Origin: Candidatus Omnitrophota bacterium
GTDB taxonomy: Bacteria; Omnitrophota; Gorgyraeia; JAGLLT01
Assembly (NCBI GenBank): GCA_030632085.1
Contig: DAOVJY010000001.1
Location: forward strand, 335,402 to 399,401
Length of the DNA stretch: 64,000 nt
Direction of reading: 5' to 3'
Below, piece after piece: positions 1 to 7,395 of this stretch (position 1 is its first letter; every line of letters starts with the position of its first letter). The position numbers and the translations under genes are program-made. Below the pieces are notes generated by a model. It was not told the DNA's origin. It saw only the letters and a list, made by a program, of their open reading frames with translations, and did no database searches.

Positions 1-61
1 TTATACAGCTGATAATTTTATTCTCTAGATTATCAGCATCTATCTGCCAGCTTACACAGTA

Positions 62-87
62 TAATTCCGGTGACACAATACTTAATT
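62..87 (+). repeat. Solo copy of the 26-bp terminal inverted repeat of the RAYT-like element at 44533-45292
   Basis: TAATTCCGGTGACACAATACTTAATT matches 44533-44558 at 25/26; the match extends to 33/35 over 62-96. Confidence 0.85.
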
Positions 88-100
88 ATTTGATTCTAAA

Positions 101-124
101 AATTCAAGAATCAAAACCTACCCC
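101..124 (-). repeat. GGGGTC-type terminal repeat (solo end of an HUH/RAYT-like element)
   Basis: Minus strand GGGGTAGGTTTTGATTCTTGAATT resembles the GGGGTCAG ends at 1529 and 45543. Confidence 0.5.
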
Positions 125-248
125 TATTTTGCGTTCATCAGTCTCCACCCAAATATCAGTAACTATATCAAATAAATCCGCATTATCATAATCCGCCGGT
201 AGAACATTCCATGCTGGCTTATCAAACAAATTATAATTTTGTTTATGC

Positions 249-326
249 TTCTAATATTAAAATCAGTGGCGGTGCCCGCAGCGCAAAGCGATGTGGGTAA
301 CAGTCCACTGAATTACTTTGTTAACT
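249..326 (-). other. attC-like integron recombination site (degenerate R')
   Basis: Minus strand AGTTAAC-AAAGTAATTCAGTGGAC...GCCACTGATTTTAAT-ATTAGAA; the TCAGTGG/CCACTGA arms pair; R'' overlaps the DUF2971 stop; R' begins ATT instead of GTT. Confidence 0.75.
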
Positions 327-1118
327 TTGATTGTTTAATCCTATTTCAATAATATTAATCCCAAATTTATCCTTTTTTACTTCTGCCTGATAAAGTTTTG
401 GTTGTATTTTCCGATCTGAAGTAAGTTTTTTAATCTGCTGCTTATATTCTTCCAATATCTTGCAGCCAAATATGACGCCTGTCAATAATTCTCCAGAGAA
501 ATTATATATTCCTGGTCCTTTATCGTGATTAATTATTCTCCATTCTTGTTCGTATTCCCAAATTTTTGATTTTGTTAATAAGGTTGTTTGCATTTGTTCA
601 TCTCTGGAACTATTGAAAAAATTTACTTTGGGGTATTTATCATTATACTTAACTTTCTGAGCGATTACAAAAAATGGACTATTAGATTGGAATTCAAGAC
701 AAAAACCAGTGTGCCCCTGTGCATAATGCGACCACAATAAAAGATGATCCTTTTTTTCCGACATACAAAAAACACCTATTTTATCAAGATAGGAATCAGA
801 TAAATTTTCAGGTATTCGTTTATGTCGTTCTTCTTTCAATATATTTGTTATTTTTTTTTCTTTTTGTTCAATACTTATTTGCGGTGCGTATCTGCAAAAA
901 AGATCTCCAAGATATTTTTTCCAGTCTTCGTTGCTACCGTCATAACATAGCTGAATTTTTGAATCAAAAGGGTCATTAAATTCCTTAGGGGAAGGGAATC
1001 TTAATTCATTATGGGTAAAAATTTTTTCAATAAATTTAAAATTTTCGTTATTAACTGAGTAATATTTATAAAAATAGGTTGGATTTGTCATTTGACTATC
1101 AGTATTTAATGTTTTCAT
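321..1118 (-). CDS. DUF2971 domain protein (gene-cassette ORF)
   Basis: Motifs FNDPFD, FCMSE..DHLLLWSHYA..HTGFCLEF and TKS..WEYEQEWR; flanked by attC-like sites. Confidence 0.85.
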   Translation of the reverse strand: MKTLNTDSQMTNPTYFYKYYSVNNENFKFIEKIFTHNELRFPSPKEFNDPFDSKIQLCYDGSNEDWKKYLGDLFCRYAPQISIEQKEKKITNILKEERHKRIPENLSDSYLDKIGVFCMSEKKDHLLLWSHYAQGHTGFCLEFQSNSPFFVIAQKVKYNDKYPKVNFFNSSRDEQMQTTLLTKSKIWEYEQEWRIINHDKGPGIYNFSGELLTGVIFGCKILEEYKQQIKKLTSDRKIQPKLYQAEVKKDKFGINIIEIGLNNQS

Positions 1119-1133
1119 ATCGTTTTATTTTAT

Positions 1134-1205
1134 GGCTAACAATTAATATACGAACTTCGTTTTTTAGGAATTTTAATATCATATACATATATTTTACCGT
1201 TGACC
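1134..1205 (-). other. attC-like site (AT-rich)
   Basis: Minus strand GGTCAAC-GGTAAAATATATG...CGTATATTAATT-GTTAGCC; R'' overlaps the end of the 69-aa ORF and R' lies 15 nt before the DUF2971 start. Confidence 0.65.
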
Positions 1206-1403
1206 TTCTTTTTGCATTAATTCATCAAATTCTTCCCAAGAAAGATGGTGTCCATACGAACGATTGACTGGAACCCACTTAATACTCCCTTTGCTTATTT
1301 TTAAAGTTCCGCTCTTAACTTCGTTAGAGTAAATTTCAAATTCTACATCTTTATTTAACACTATTTTTTGTGGCATTGTAAAATAAATATCATGTTTTGC
1401 CAT
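1194..1403 (-). CDS. Small hypothetical protein (gene-cassette ORF), beta-rich
   Basis: 69-aa ORF with RBS AAGGAG upstream, bounded by attC-like sites. Confidence 0.75.
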   Translation of the reverse strand: MAKHDIYFTMPQKIVLNKDVEFEIYSNEVKSGTLKISKGSIKWVPVNRSYGHHLSWEEFDELMQKEGQR

Positions 1404-1429
1404 TGAACAATCTCCTTTTTAATTTTTTC

Positions 1430-1484
1430 ACCTAACACTTTAAATCAACGGTGCGCTAGCATCCGCTGGATTGCTTTGTTAAAT
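1430..1484 (-). other. attC integron recombination site
   Basis: Minus strand ATTTAAC-AAAGCAATCCAGCGGATGCTAGCGCACCGTTGATTTAAAGT-GTTAGGT; consensus RYYYAAC and GTTRRRY cores with paired inner arms; 55 bp. Confidence 0.85.
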
Positions 1485-1528
1485 TTTTTAAAAGTTTTCT
1501 GGTAAACCTATCCTCGAAATGAATCAAT

Positions 1529-1552
1529 GGGGTCAGGTCTCTATATTCCACA
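1529..1552 (+). repeat. GGGGTCAGGTCT-type terminal repeat (solo element end)
   Basis: GGGGTCAGGTCTCTATATTCCACA shares GGGGTCAG with the end of the RAYT-like element at 45543. Confidence 0.55.
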
Positions 1553-1605
1553 CTTAATTGTTTTACTATCACATCGTGGATTTGATAGTCGCGGTTCCCT
1601 TTTAA

Positions 1606-2622
1606 CTATATGTCAAAAGATAATTCTTCGGCTAATGTATAAGAAATCTTCTGCCCTTCTACAGTGCTTTTGTATGGAACTTCTTCGTGAGAATATTCTG
1701 ATATTTCGCCACATTTAAATTTTTTGAATTTATTCAATACAAAATCCATAATTTCTATTTCATCATCAGAAAATATACTTTCATCACAACTAGCTGTGGA
1801 TTTGAGTTGTTCTCTTATTGCTTGATGAACAACAATTTCATCCTTGCCTATTAACACATCCCTCAACATAACGCTTATTATTAATTCATAATCATCAGCA
1901 GTAGGCCCATAAGAAGAATGGGTATATGAATTCCCGCTTATCGAAACAGAATAAACCCTATAACAAAGAAAGTCCATATACCACAGGAGTTTATTTATCT
2001 TCGTTCTATAAGTCTCGTGGAATCTTAAAATATATAAAATCATATTTTTAATTTTCTCTAGATCGAATTCTTTATATCCAGTGAATTCACCAATTTGCCG
2101 CTCCGAAAGAAACATTTGCTCTAAAGCTTTATTAAAATTAGGTTGGATTTCTTTTTGAATTAATTCATTGATTCGTTTCTTCAAGGCTTCGCCTACACGA
2201 GGAACTAATAGGTGAGCTTGTTTTTCGTAAATTTCTAATAGATTCTCCGGCTTAGCAATAAGTTTTAATACTTCATCATGGACTTCATCTTGTAAATTTC
2301 CCGACTCATATCTATGTATAGTTATTTCCCCCCACCCCAAAAGCTTACTTAAAGCTCTTTGACTTAAACCATAACGATCTCTAATTTCTTGGATTTGTAA
2401 TGGAGTAAGCAAATTATGAATTTTCCTATATTCTAAATATGCAATTTCAAGATTCTTCTCATCTAATGCTTCAACAAATGATTCTTCGTTACATGCTTTA
2501 CATATCATAACGGAAGCATTGACTTTCACATCCTCCCCCCTAACATTGAACAATTCTACTTTTGAAATAATTTGTCCATCAGTCATCTTATTACAATGTG
2601 CGCAATATATTTTTTCATTCAT
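1606..2622 (-). CDS. MqsA-family antitoxin: Zn ribbon + HTH + DUF4065 (Panacea/SocA-like) domain
   Basis: CAHC...CKAC; HTH IREIRDRYGLSQRALSKLLGWGEITIHRYESG; C-terminal TKINKLLWYMDF...YGP...SH.E.PY; start moved to the ATG at 2622 behind RBS GGAGGTG (ORF track start 2655). Confidence 0.85.
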   Translation of the reverse strand: MNEKIYCAHCNKMTDGQIISKVELFNVRGEDVKVNASVMICKACNEESFVEALDEKNLEIAYLEYRKIHNLLTPLQIQEIRDRYGLSQRALSKLLGWGEITIHRYESGNLQDEVHDEVLKLIAKPENLLEIYEKQAHLLVPRVGEALKKRINELIQKEIQPNFNKALEQMFLSERQIGEFTGYKEFDLEKIKNMILYILRFHETYRTKINKLLWYMDFLCYRVYSVSISGNSYTHSSYGPTADDYELIISVMLRDVLIGKDEIVVHQAIREQLKSTASCDESIFSDDEIEIMDFVLNKFKKFKCGEISEYSHEEVPYKSTVEGQKISYTLAEELSFDI

Positions 2623-2671
2623 CACATTCTCACCTCCCTTTTCAATTTCCATCAACGCAATTACAAAACTA

Positions 2672-3019
2672 TTAAGTTGTTTTATGCGGATATTTAATTG
2701 GATAAGTCGCTATATGAAAAGAAATGCATTTAGCTCTATTAAAACTAAAATCGTCACTTAACTTAATATAAATTTCTTCCCCTTGGACATGAATTCCAAA
2801 TTGCCATACCATATTGCCTTGCCTATCTTTATCTTTTTCTGGTCCACTTATGTAATCTTTATAGGTTAGTTGAGCAAATAAGGTTTTTACATACGATATT
2901 TTAATCCCTAAGTATAAAACTGTATCTAAATTCTTTTTGCGCTTGATAAAGACAAATTCCTGGAGTAAAACATACTTGAATTTTTTTAGAAAAACTGTGA
3001 TTTCTTGAGGGGTAGTCAA
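2672..3019 (-). CDS. MqsR-family (RelE-fold) toxin
   Basis: Motifs R.KN...L, DY.SGPEKD, W.FG....EIYIKL and CISFH.A; directly upstream of the MqsA-like gene; TTG start. Confidence 0.8.
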   Translation of the reverse strand: MTTPQEITVFLKKFKYVLLQEFVFIKRKKNLDTVLYLGIKISYVKTLFAQLTYKDYISGPEKDKDRQGNMVWQFGIHVQGEEIYIKLSDDFSFNRAKCISFHIATYPIKYPHKTT

Positions 3020-3035
3020 TCATATCTCCTATTGA

Positions 3036-3064
3036 ATATTATCATATGATAACACTTTTGTCAA
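3036..3064 (-). promoter_or_regulatory. Sigma70 promoter of the TA operon with a palindromic operator
   Basis: TTGACA(3059-3064)-17 nt-TAATAT(3036-3041); perfect palindrome TTATCATATGATAA at 3039-3052. Confidence 0.65.
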
Positions 3065-3149
3065 ATCTGTCAAGTACTTTTTTTGGCCTTTAATTTTCGC
3101 ACTTGTGATTACAATTTACACAAAACTTCTTCGCCTACTCTTTAAATGC

Positions 3150-3200
3150 ACAAAAAAGGGGAAGTTACCCCGCACTATACGATGCGAAACAACTCCCCTA
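3150..3200 (-). terminator. Intrinsic terminator-like hairpin downstream of tRNA-Glu
   Basis: Minus strand AGGGGAGTT...AACTTCCCCT stem followed by a T run. Confidence 0.55.
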
Positions 3201-3251
3201 AATTCATGGAACTCCTTGTAATCATTTAAATTACAAAAGTATCCGTAGTGA

Positions 3252-3329
3252 TGGTAGCCCCAACGGGATTTGAACCCGTGTCACCGGAATGAGAATCCGA
3301 CATCCTAGACCGAGCTAGACGATGGGGCC
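3252..3329 (-). tRNA. tRNA-Glu(CTC)
   Basis: GGCCCCA/TGGGGCT acceptor stem, anticodon loop TT-CTC-AT, GGTTCAAATCC T-arm, encoded CCA. Confidence 0.95.
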
Positions 3330-3341
3330 AATTGAGCTGAA

Positions 3342-3370
3342 ATACTATCAAAATAACTTTTTAGTGTCAA
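3342..3370 (-). promoter_or_regulatory. Sigma70 promoter of tRNA-Glu
   Basis: TTGACA-17 nt-TAGTAT just upstream of the tRNA. Confidence 0.6.
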
Positions 3371-3377
3371 TCTAATT

Positions 3378-3683
3378 CTAGAAACCCATACCCGGAAGAT
3401 TTAATCCCCCCATATTCTGCTTCATTTTATCCAACATAAGAGCTTTAATCTTAGCAGAAGCTTCATTTATGCACTCTCGAATAGCATTTTCTAAAATTGT
3501 TTTTTTATCTTCAATTAAGAGTTCACTCTCTATATTAATGCTCTTTAATACGTTATCTCCTGTAAACGACATCTTTATCTTGCCGCCTAATTTCTCAACA
3601 TCAATAATAGAGTTTTCTAAATCCCTCTTCATATCTTTGGCTTTTCTCTGCATATCCATTAGCTGTTTCATTTTATCAAACAT
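3378..3683 (-). CDS. ybaB: YbaB/EbfC nucleoid-associated protein
   Basis: MFDKMKQLMDMQRKAK..., GG.IKMSFTG, C-terminal GGLNLPGM. Confidence 0.85.
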   Translation of the reverse strand: MFDKMKQLMDMQRKAKDMKRDLENSIIDVEKLGGKIKMSFTGDNVLKSINIESELLIEDKKTILENAIRECINEASAKIKALMLDKMKQNMGGLNLPGMGF

Positions 3684-3694
3684 CTTCTTCTCCT

Positions 3695-4141
3695 TTAAAT
3701 ATCTTTTTCAGTAATTACTTTTATCCCGTTTTTTAAAAGATAAGCGCAGGTAACGCCATTGCCTTCTCTTAGCTTACCTGAAAAACTACCATCATATATC
3801 TGCCCTAAGCCGCAGGCAGCACTTTCAGCTTTTAGTATGGCTTTTTTTATCTTATACTTTTTGGCAATAGCCAGGACAATCTTGGCTCCATCAATAAAGC
3901 TTTTAGTAACATCAGCGCCTTCTTTGTTGTAAACTTTGGCTTTTGAATCAAGAACATCTTCACCCGTAGCATTTTTAATTTCAGAAGGTAGTCTGGGTGT
4001 GGATAATCCACCTAACTCCTCCGGGCAAACACATACAGCCTTGCCCTCTTCAAGAAGTTTCTTTATCTTTTTATTGAGTTTGCTTTTGCCATCATAGCGG
4101 CAGTTTATACCGGCTAAACAGGCGCTAACTAATACTTTCAT
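3695..4141 (-). CDS. DUF523 family (2-thiouracil desulfurase-like) protein
   Basis: VSACLAG.NCRYDG, VCPEELGGL..PR, LK..SAACG, GVT motifs. Confidence 0.9.
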   Translation of the reverse strand: MKVLVSACLAGINCRYDGKSKLNKKIKKLLEEGKAVCVCPEELGGLSTPRLPSEIKNATGEDVLDSKAKVYNKEGADVTKSFIDGAKIVLAIAKKYKIKKAILKAESAACGLGQIYDGSFSGKLREGNGVTCAYLLKNGIKVITEKDI

Positions 4142-4656
4142 TTTATCTGCCTAAAATAAACCTCTCTGATTTCATTTAGCACTTTACAATATTCTTTAGT
4201 GGCATAATCGGGATAAGTCCAGTCCCAGGTAGTGAAGCCCCCATCCTTATACCTGAGGGCGCATTCCGCAAAAATACCCTTTTTTAGATATATCCTCTGC
4301 TGCTGATTCTTAGTGGTGGCCAGAATAAATTTACCCAGGCTTAAATAACCCGGGTCTATATTTATTTTTCTCTTATTATTAATTCTAAACCTATTCTCGA
4401 GCTTATTAGAGTATAACTTTATCCCTGCTATTGTATCACGATTTAAAAGTTTTTTAAAAGCATAAAATTGCCTTATTAAATTAGCCCCCATTTCAAGGGT
4501 ATAATAATCAGTCACTAATTTTAAATCATAACTTTCATAATCAAGAGGGCCAAACTTCTTTGCTAAGGCTGTTTTTACCTTTTTGATTATCTCAATATCC
4601 CGGCTAAAGACGGATATTACCAGTTTTACCTTATCAGTTGACTTTACATTTCCCAT
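4138..4656 (-). CDS. DUF4416 family protein
   Basis: YY..EMG, INIDPGYL, LATTK, RIYL..GIFAE, WTYPDY motifs. Confidence 0.85.
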   Translation of the reverse strand: MGNVKSTDKVKLVISVFSRDIEIIKKVKTALAKKFGPLDYESYDLKLVTDYYTLEMGANLIRQFYAFKKLLNRDTIAGIKLYSNKLENRFRINNKRKINIDPGYLSLGKFILATTKNQQQRIYLKKGIFAECALRYKDGGFTTWDWTYPDYATKEYCKVLNEIREVYFRQIK

Positions 4657-5299
4657 TTATAATTCCTTTAAGCGGGCAATTATCACAAAGAGGTTTCGGT
4701 TTGCAGTAATTTTTACCCAAATTGACTATTAAGGCATGATATTCATTAAATAGTTGATATCTCTCTTTAAGATGCTTACAAAAAATGCCCTGGATTTCAT
4801 CATATTCGATATCTTTTTTGCAAATACCCAACCTCGAAAATATCCTTTTAGTATAGGCGTCAATTACAAAGACTGTTTTTTTACCCGCATAACACATTAT
4901 TGAGTCGGCTGTCTCCTTGCCGACACCGTTAACACTTAAGAGTTTCTTTCTTAAATTTTTATCAGGTTCCAAAAACATCTTTTTCAGAGAACCATTATAT
5001 TCGCTGAAGATAAAATTTATCAGGTTCTTCAGGCGTTTAGCTTTTATATTATAATATCCACTGGGCCTAATAAGCTTAGCCAGTTTATTCAAGTTTACTT
5101 CCTTTAAAGCTTTTAAGCTTAATATCTTTTCCTTTTTTAAATTGCTGATGGCTATTTCGACATTAGCCCAGTTAGTATTCTGAGTAAGAACCGCCCCCAC
5201 CATAATCTCTAAAGGGCTATCCCCCGGCCACCAGTCTTGGGGGCCAAAGGCCTGATACATTCTCTTAAAAGCAGAAGAAATTATTTGTGATGTTCCCAT
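4634..5299 (-). CDS. Endonuclease III-related HhH-GPD DNA glycosylase
   Basis: GPQDWWP, GAVLTQNTNW, HhH L..V.GVGKETADSI, VIDAYT, C-terminal Cys cluster. Confidence 0.9.
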   Translation of the reverse strand: MGTSQIISSAFKRMYQAFGPQDWWPGDSPLEIMVGAVLTQNTNWANVEIAISNLKKEKILSLKALKEVNLNKLAKLIRPSGYYNIKAKRLKNLINFIFSEYNGSLKKMFLEPDKNLRKKLLSVNGVGKETADSIMCYAGKKTVFVIDAYTKRIFSRLGICKKDIEYDEIQGIFCKHLKERYQLFNEYHALIVNLGKNYCKPKPLCDNCPLKGIINGKCKVN

Positions 5300-5967
5300 G
5301 GCATTATTATATCAAAATCCCGCTTGATTCCTTTATTTGGAAAAAATAAATAGATTATGCCCAGTCCGGCTAAAAAACCGCCTATATGGGCCAAGAAAGC
5401 TATCTGATGCGCTGAAGGATTAGCCGCGTAAAGTAACTGAAAAGCAAACCAGATGATTAAAAAGAAGGTTGAAGGAATCCAGACAAAACGGATAATAAAA
5501 AATATAGGCACGATAGTTAAAACCCTAACTTCAGGATACAACAAAAAATAGGCTCCTAAAATACCCGATATCGCTCCACTGGCCCCTAAAACAGGAATAT
5601 GCGAACCATGATAAATAACTGAATGCAATGATACTGCCGCCAGGCCGCAGATAATATAAAACACCAGATATCTAAAATGCCCCAAGGCATCTTCTATATC
5701 ATCTCCGAAAATCCAGAGAAAAATCATGTTTCCTAACAAATGCCAGATGCCGGCGTGTAAAAACATTGAGGTAAATAAAGTTATATAAACTTCCCGGCTT
5801 TGCGGATGAAAAATATTATATGGAGTAACCGAGAAATCATATGTCAGCATTTTCCCGAACTCGCCGCTTAATATCTGAACTAAAAACACAGCCGCATTTA
5901 TAGCGATTAAAACTACAGTCACATACGGAAAGCTCTTTAAGTAATTATCATCTTTTATGGGTATCAT
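5281..5967 (-). CDS. Rhomboid family intramembrane serine protease
   Basis: SMFLHAG..HL.GNM.FLW.FG, GASGA, AHIGG. Confidence 0.95.
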   Translation of the reverse strand: MIPIKDDNYLKSFPYVTVVLIAINAAVFLVQILSGEFGKMLTYDFSVTPYNIFHPQSREVYITLFTSMFLHAGIWHLLGNMIFLWIFGDDIEDALGHFRYLVFYIICGLAAVSLHSVIYHGSHIPVLGASGAISGILGAYFLLYPEVRVLTIVPIFFIIRFVWIPSTFFLIIWFAFQLLYAANPSAHQIAFLAHIGGFLAGLGIIYLFFPNKGIKRDFDIIMPWEHHK

Positions 5968-6433
5968 TTTTATCTATCCACTTTTTCTTAAATTCCCTGG
6001 TTATCACATCTAATTCTTCATCATCTAAATGGTGCTTTTCATAAGATGCCTTGGGCCTTGCGGCCTTCATCTTTTTTAGAAAACCCGCCGTAGAGACATG
6101 CTTGGCGTTTAAGTTTCTTATCTTTGTGCCAATGGCTTTATCATCAGTAACTACCCTAACGCTTTTAGGATTATCCATTTTTGAAACTAAACGAATTATT
6201 AAGTTATCAGCCGACTCCCCTTCGGAAAATAATACAATAAAATCAGTATTGTGCGGCGGAGCGACTACATCGTGGCGGCCGTCAAAGACAACTGTTACTT
6301 TATTTTTCCCGCAGAGATTGTTTAACTTTATTATTTCAAGTAAGTTTTCCCTGGCTTGCTGCAGGCTTAAACCTTCAAGCTCCGGGATTTTATGCATCAG
6401 ATTATAACCGTCAATCACATAACACAAAGACAT
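5948..6433 (-). CDS. NYN/YacP-like PIN-domain RNase
   Basis: IDGYNL, VVFDG, ESAD..I, VVTDD acidic motifs. Confidence 0.85.
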   Translation of the reverse strand: MSLCYVIDGYNLMHKIPELEGLSLQQARENLLEIIKLNNLCGKNKVTVVFDGRHDVVAPPHNTDFIVLFSEGESADNLIIRLVSKMDNPKSVRVVTDDKAIGTKIRNLNAKHVSTAGFLKKMKAARPKASYEKHHLDDEELDVITREFKKKWIDKNDTHKR

Positions 6434-6434
6434 C

Positions 6435-7391
6435 TTACTTTTTCCTTTTAAAATAATCTTCTATAATTTTTCTGTGATCAAAGGCGACTTCAGCCGGTAA
6501 ATTGTCTTTTGAAAAAAACTTAGCATCCTTGGCATCGCTATCCGCCTTAGGCTCTTTATCGGTCGTAGCCGTAAAAACAACTGAGATTGTATGAAATCTC
6601 GGATCCCTCTCGGGCTCTGAATAAACATGAAATTGCTTCAAATTTTCCACCTTCAGGTGAGTTTCTTCTTCTGCTTCCCTTAAAGCCCCGGTTTCCACCG
6701 ATTCACCCACTTCACAAAAACCTCCGGGTAAGGCCCAGCCAAAGGGAGGATTTTTTCTTTCGATTAGGACAATCCCTTGGCCATTATCAATAATTATATC
6801 AACTGTAGGTATAGGATTTCTGTTTAACTTCTCCACCGTCCTCACAAAGCGCTCGGTAACTATATCAGAAAAAACCTTAAAAGCCTTATATGTGTATAAA
6901 ACAAAATAGACTTTCTCTAAATTATGATTCCACTGGGCATAATGGATAACTTCTTCCAACATAATCCTGGCTGCTTTATCTAAAGGAAACCTTCCTACTC
7001 CGCAACCCAAGGCACAAAAGGCAAGTGATTTAATATCCTTTTCTTTTGTAATTTCTAAGGTGGCCCTGGTAACTTTTCTAATAATATCCTGATTAGTTTT
7101 AAAGTCCCCGCCTGCGCCAACGCTATGGCGGGCAGGCATAGCCATAGTAGCCGCGTGAATGACATATTTGGCTTTTAGCTTACCGGCCGTGGTTATGGCT
7201 GCGCCGCCTACTTCAATGGGCCCAATTTTATCGGCTTCTTTTTGAATAGCCGAACCACCCTTTTTCGATATCTCTCCGGCAACACCGCCGCCCATCTGAA
7301 GCCGGTTATTAGCCGCGTTAACTATGGCTTCGGCTTCTATCTGAGTAATATCACCTTTTATAACTTCTAACTCCGTATTTTCAATTTTCAT
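6435..7391 (-). CDS. Macrodomain-Nudix hydrolase fusion (ADP-ribose processing)
   Basis: N-terminal GDIT..AIVNAAN..L.MGGGVA...ALGCGVG; C-terminal Nudix box GGFCEVGESVETGALREAEEET and RDPR. Confidence 0.9.
   Translation of the reverse strand: MKIENTELEVIKGDITQIEAEAIVNAANNRLQMGGGVAGEISKKGGSAIQKEADKIGPIEVGGAAITTAGKLKAKYVIHAATMAMPARHSVGAGGDFKTNQDIIRKVTRATLEITKEKDIKSLAFCALGCGVGRFPLDKAARIMLEEVIHYAQWNHNLEKVYFVLYTYKAFKVFSDIVTERFVRTVEKLNRNPIPTVDIIIDNGQGIVLIERKNPPFGWALPGGFCEVGESVETGALREAEEETHLKVENLKQFHVYSEPERDPRFHTISVVFTATTDKEPKADSDAKDAKFFSKDNLPAEVAFDHRKIIEDYFKRKK
7107..7136 (-). repeat. 30-bp GC-rich palindromic element inserted in frame in the macrodomain
   Basis: CCTGCCCGCCATAGCGTTGGCGCAGGCGGG encodes PARHSVGAGG; CCCGCC/GGCGGG stem; far more GC-rich than the gene. 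Confidence 0.65.
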
Positions 7392-7395
7392 CTAT

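Noticed and set aside
8-37. Hairpin GCTGATAAT...ATTATCAGC at the window edge
   Set aside because: Context is truncated, and it has no attC cores or T tract, so it cannot be assigned.
1527-1718. 63-aa ORF starting MGSGL
   Set aside because: It starts within the GGGGTCAGGTCT repeat and runs antisense to the antitoxin.
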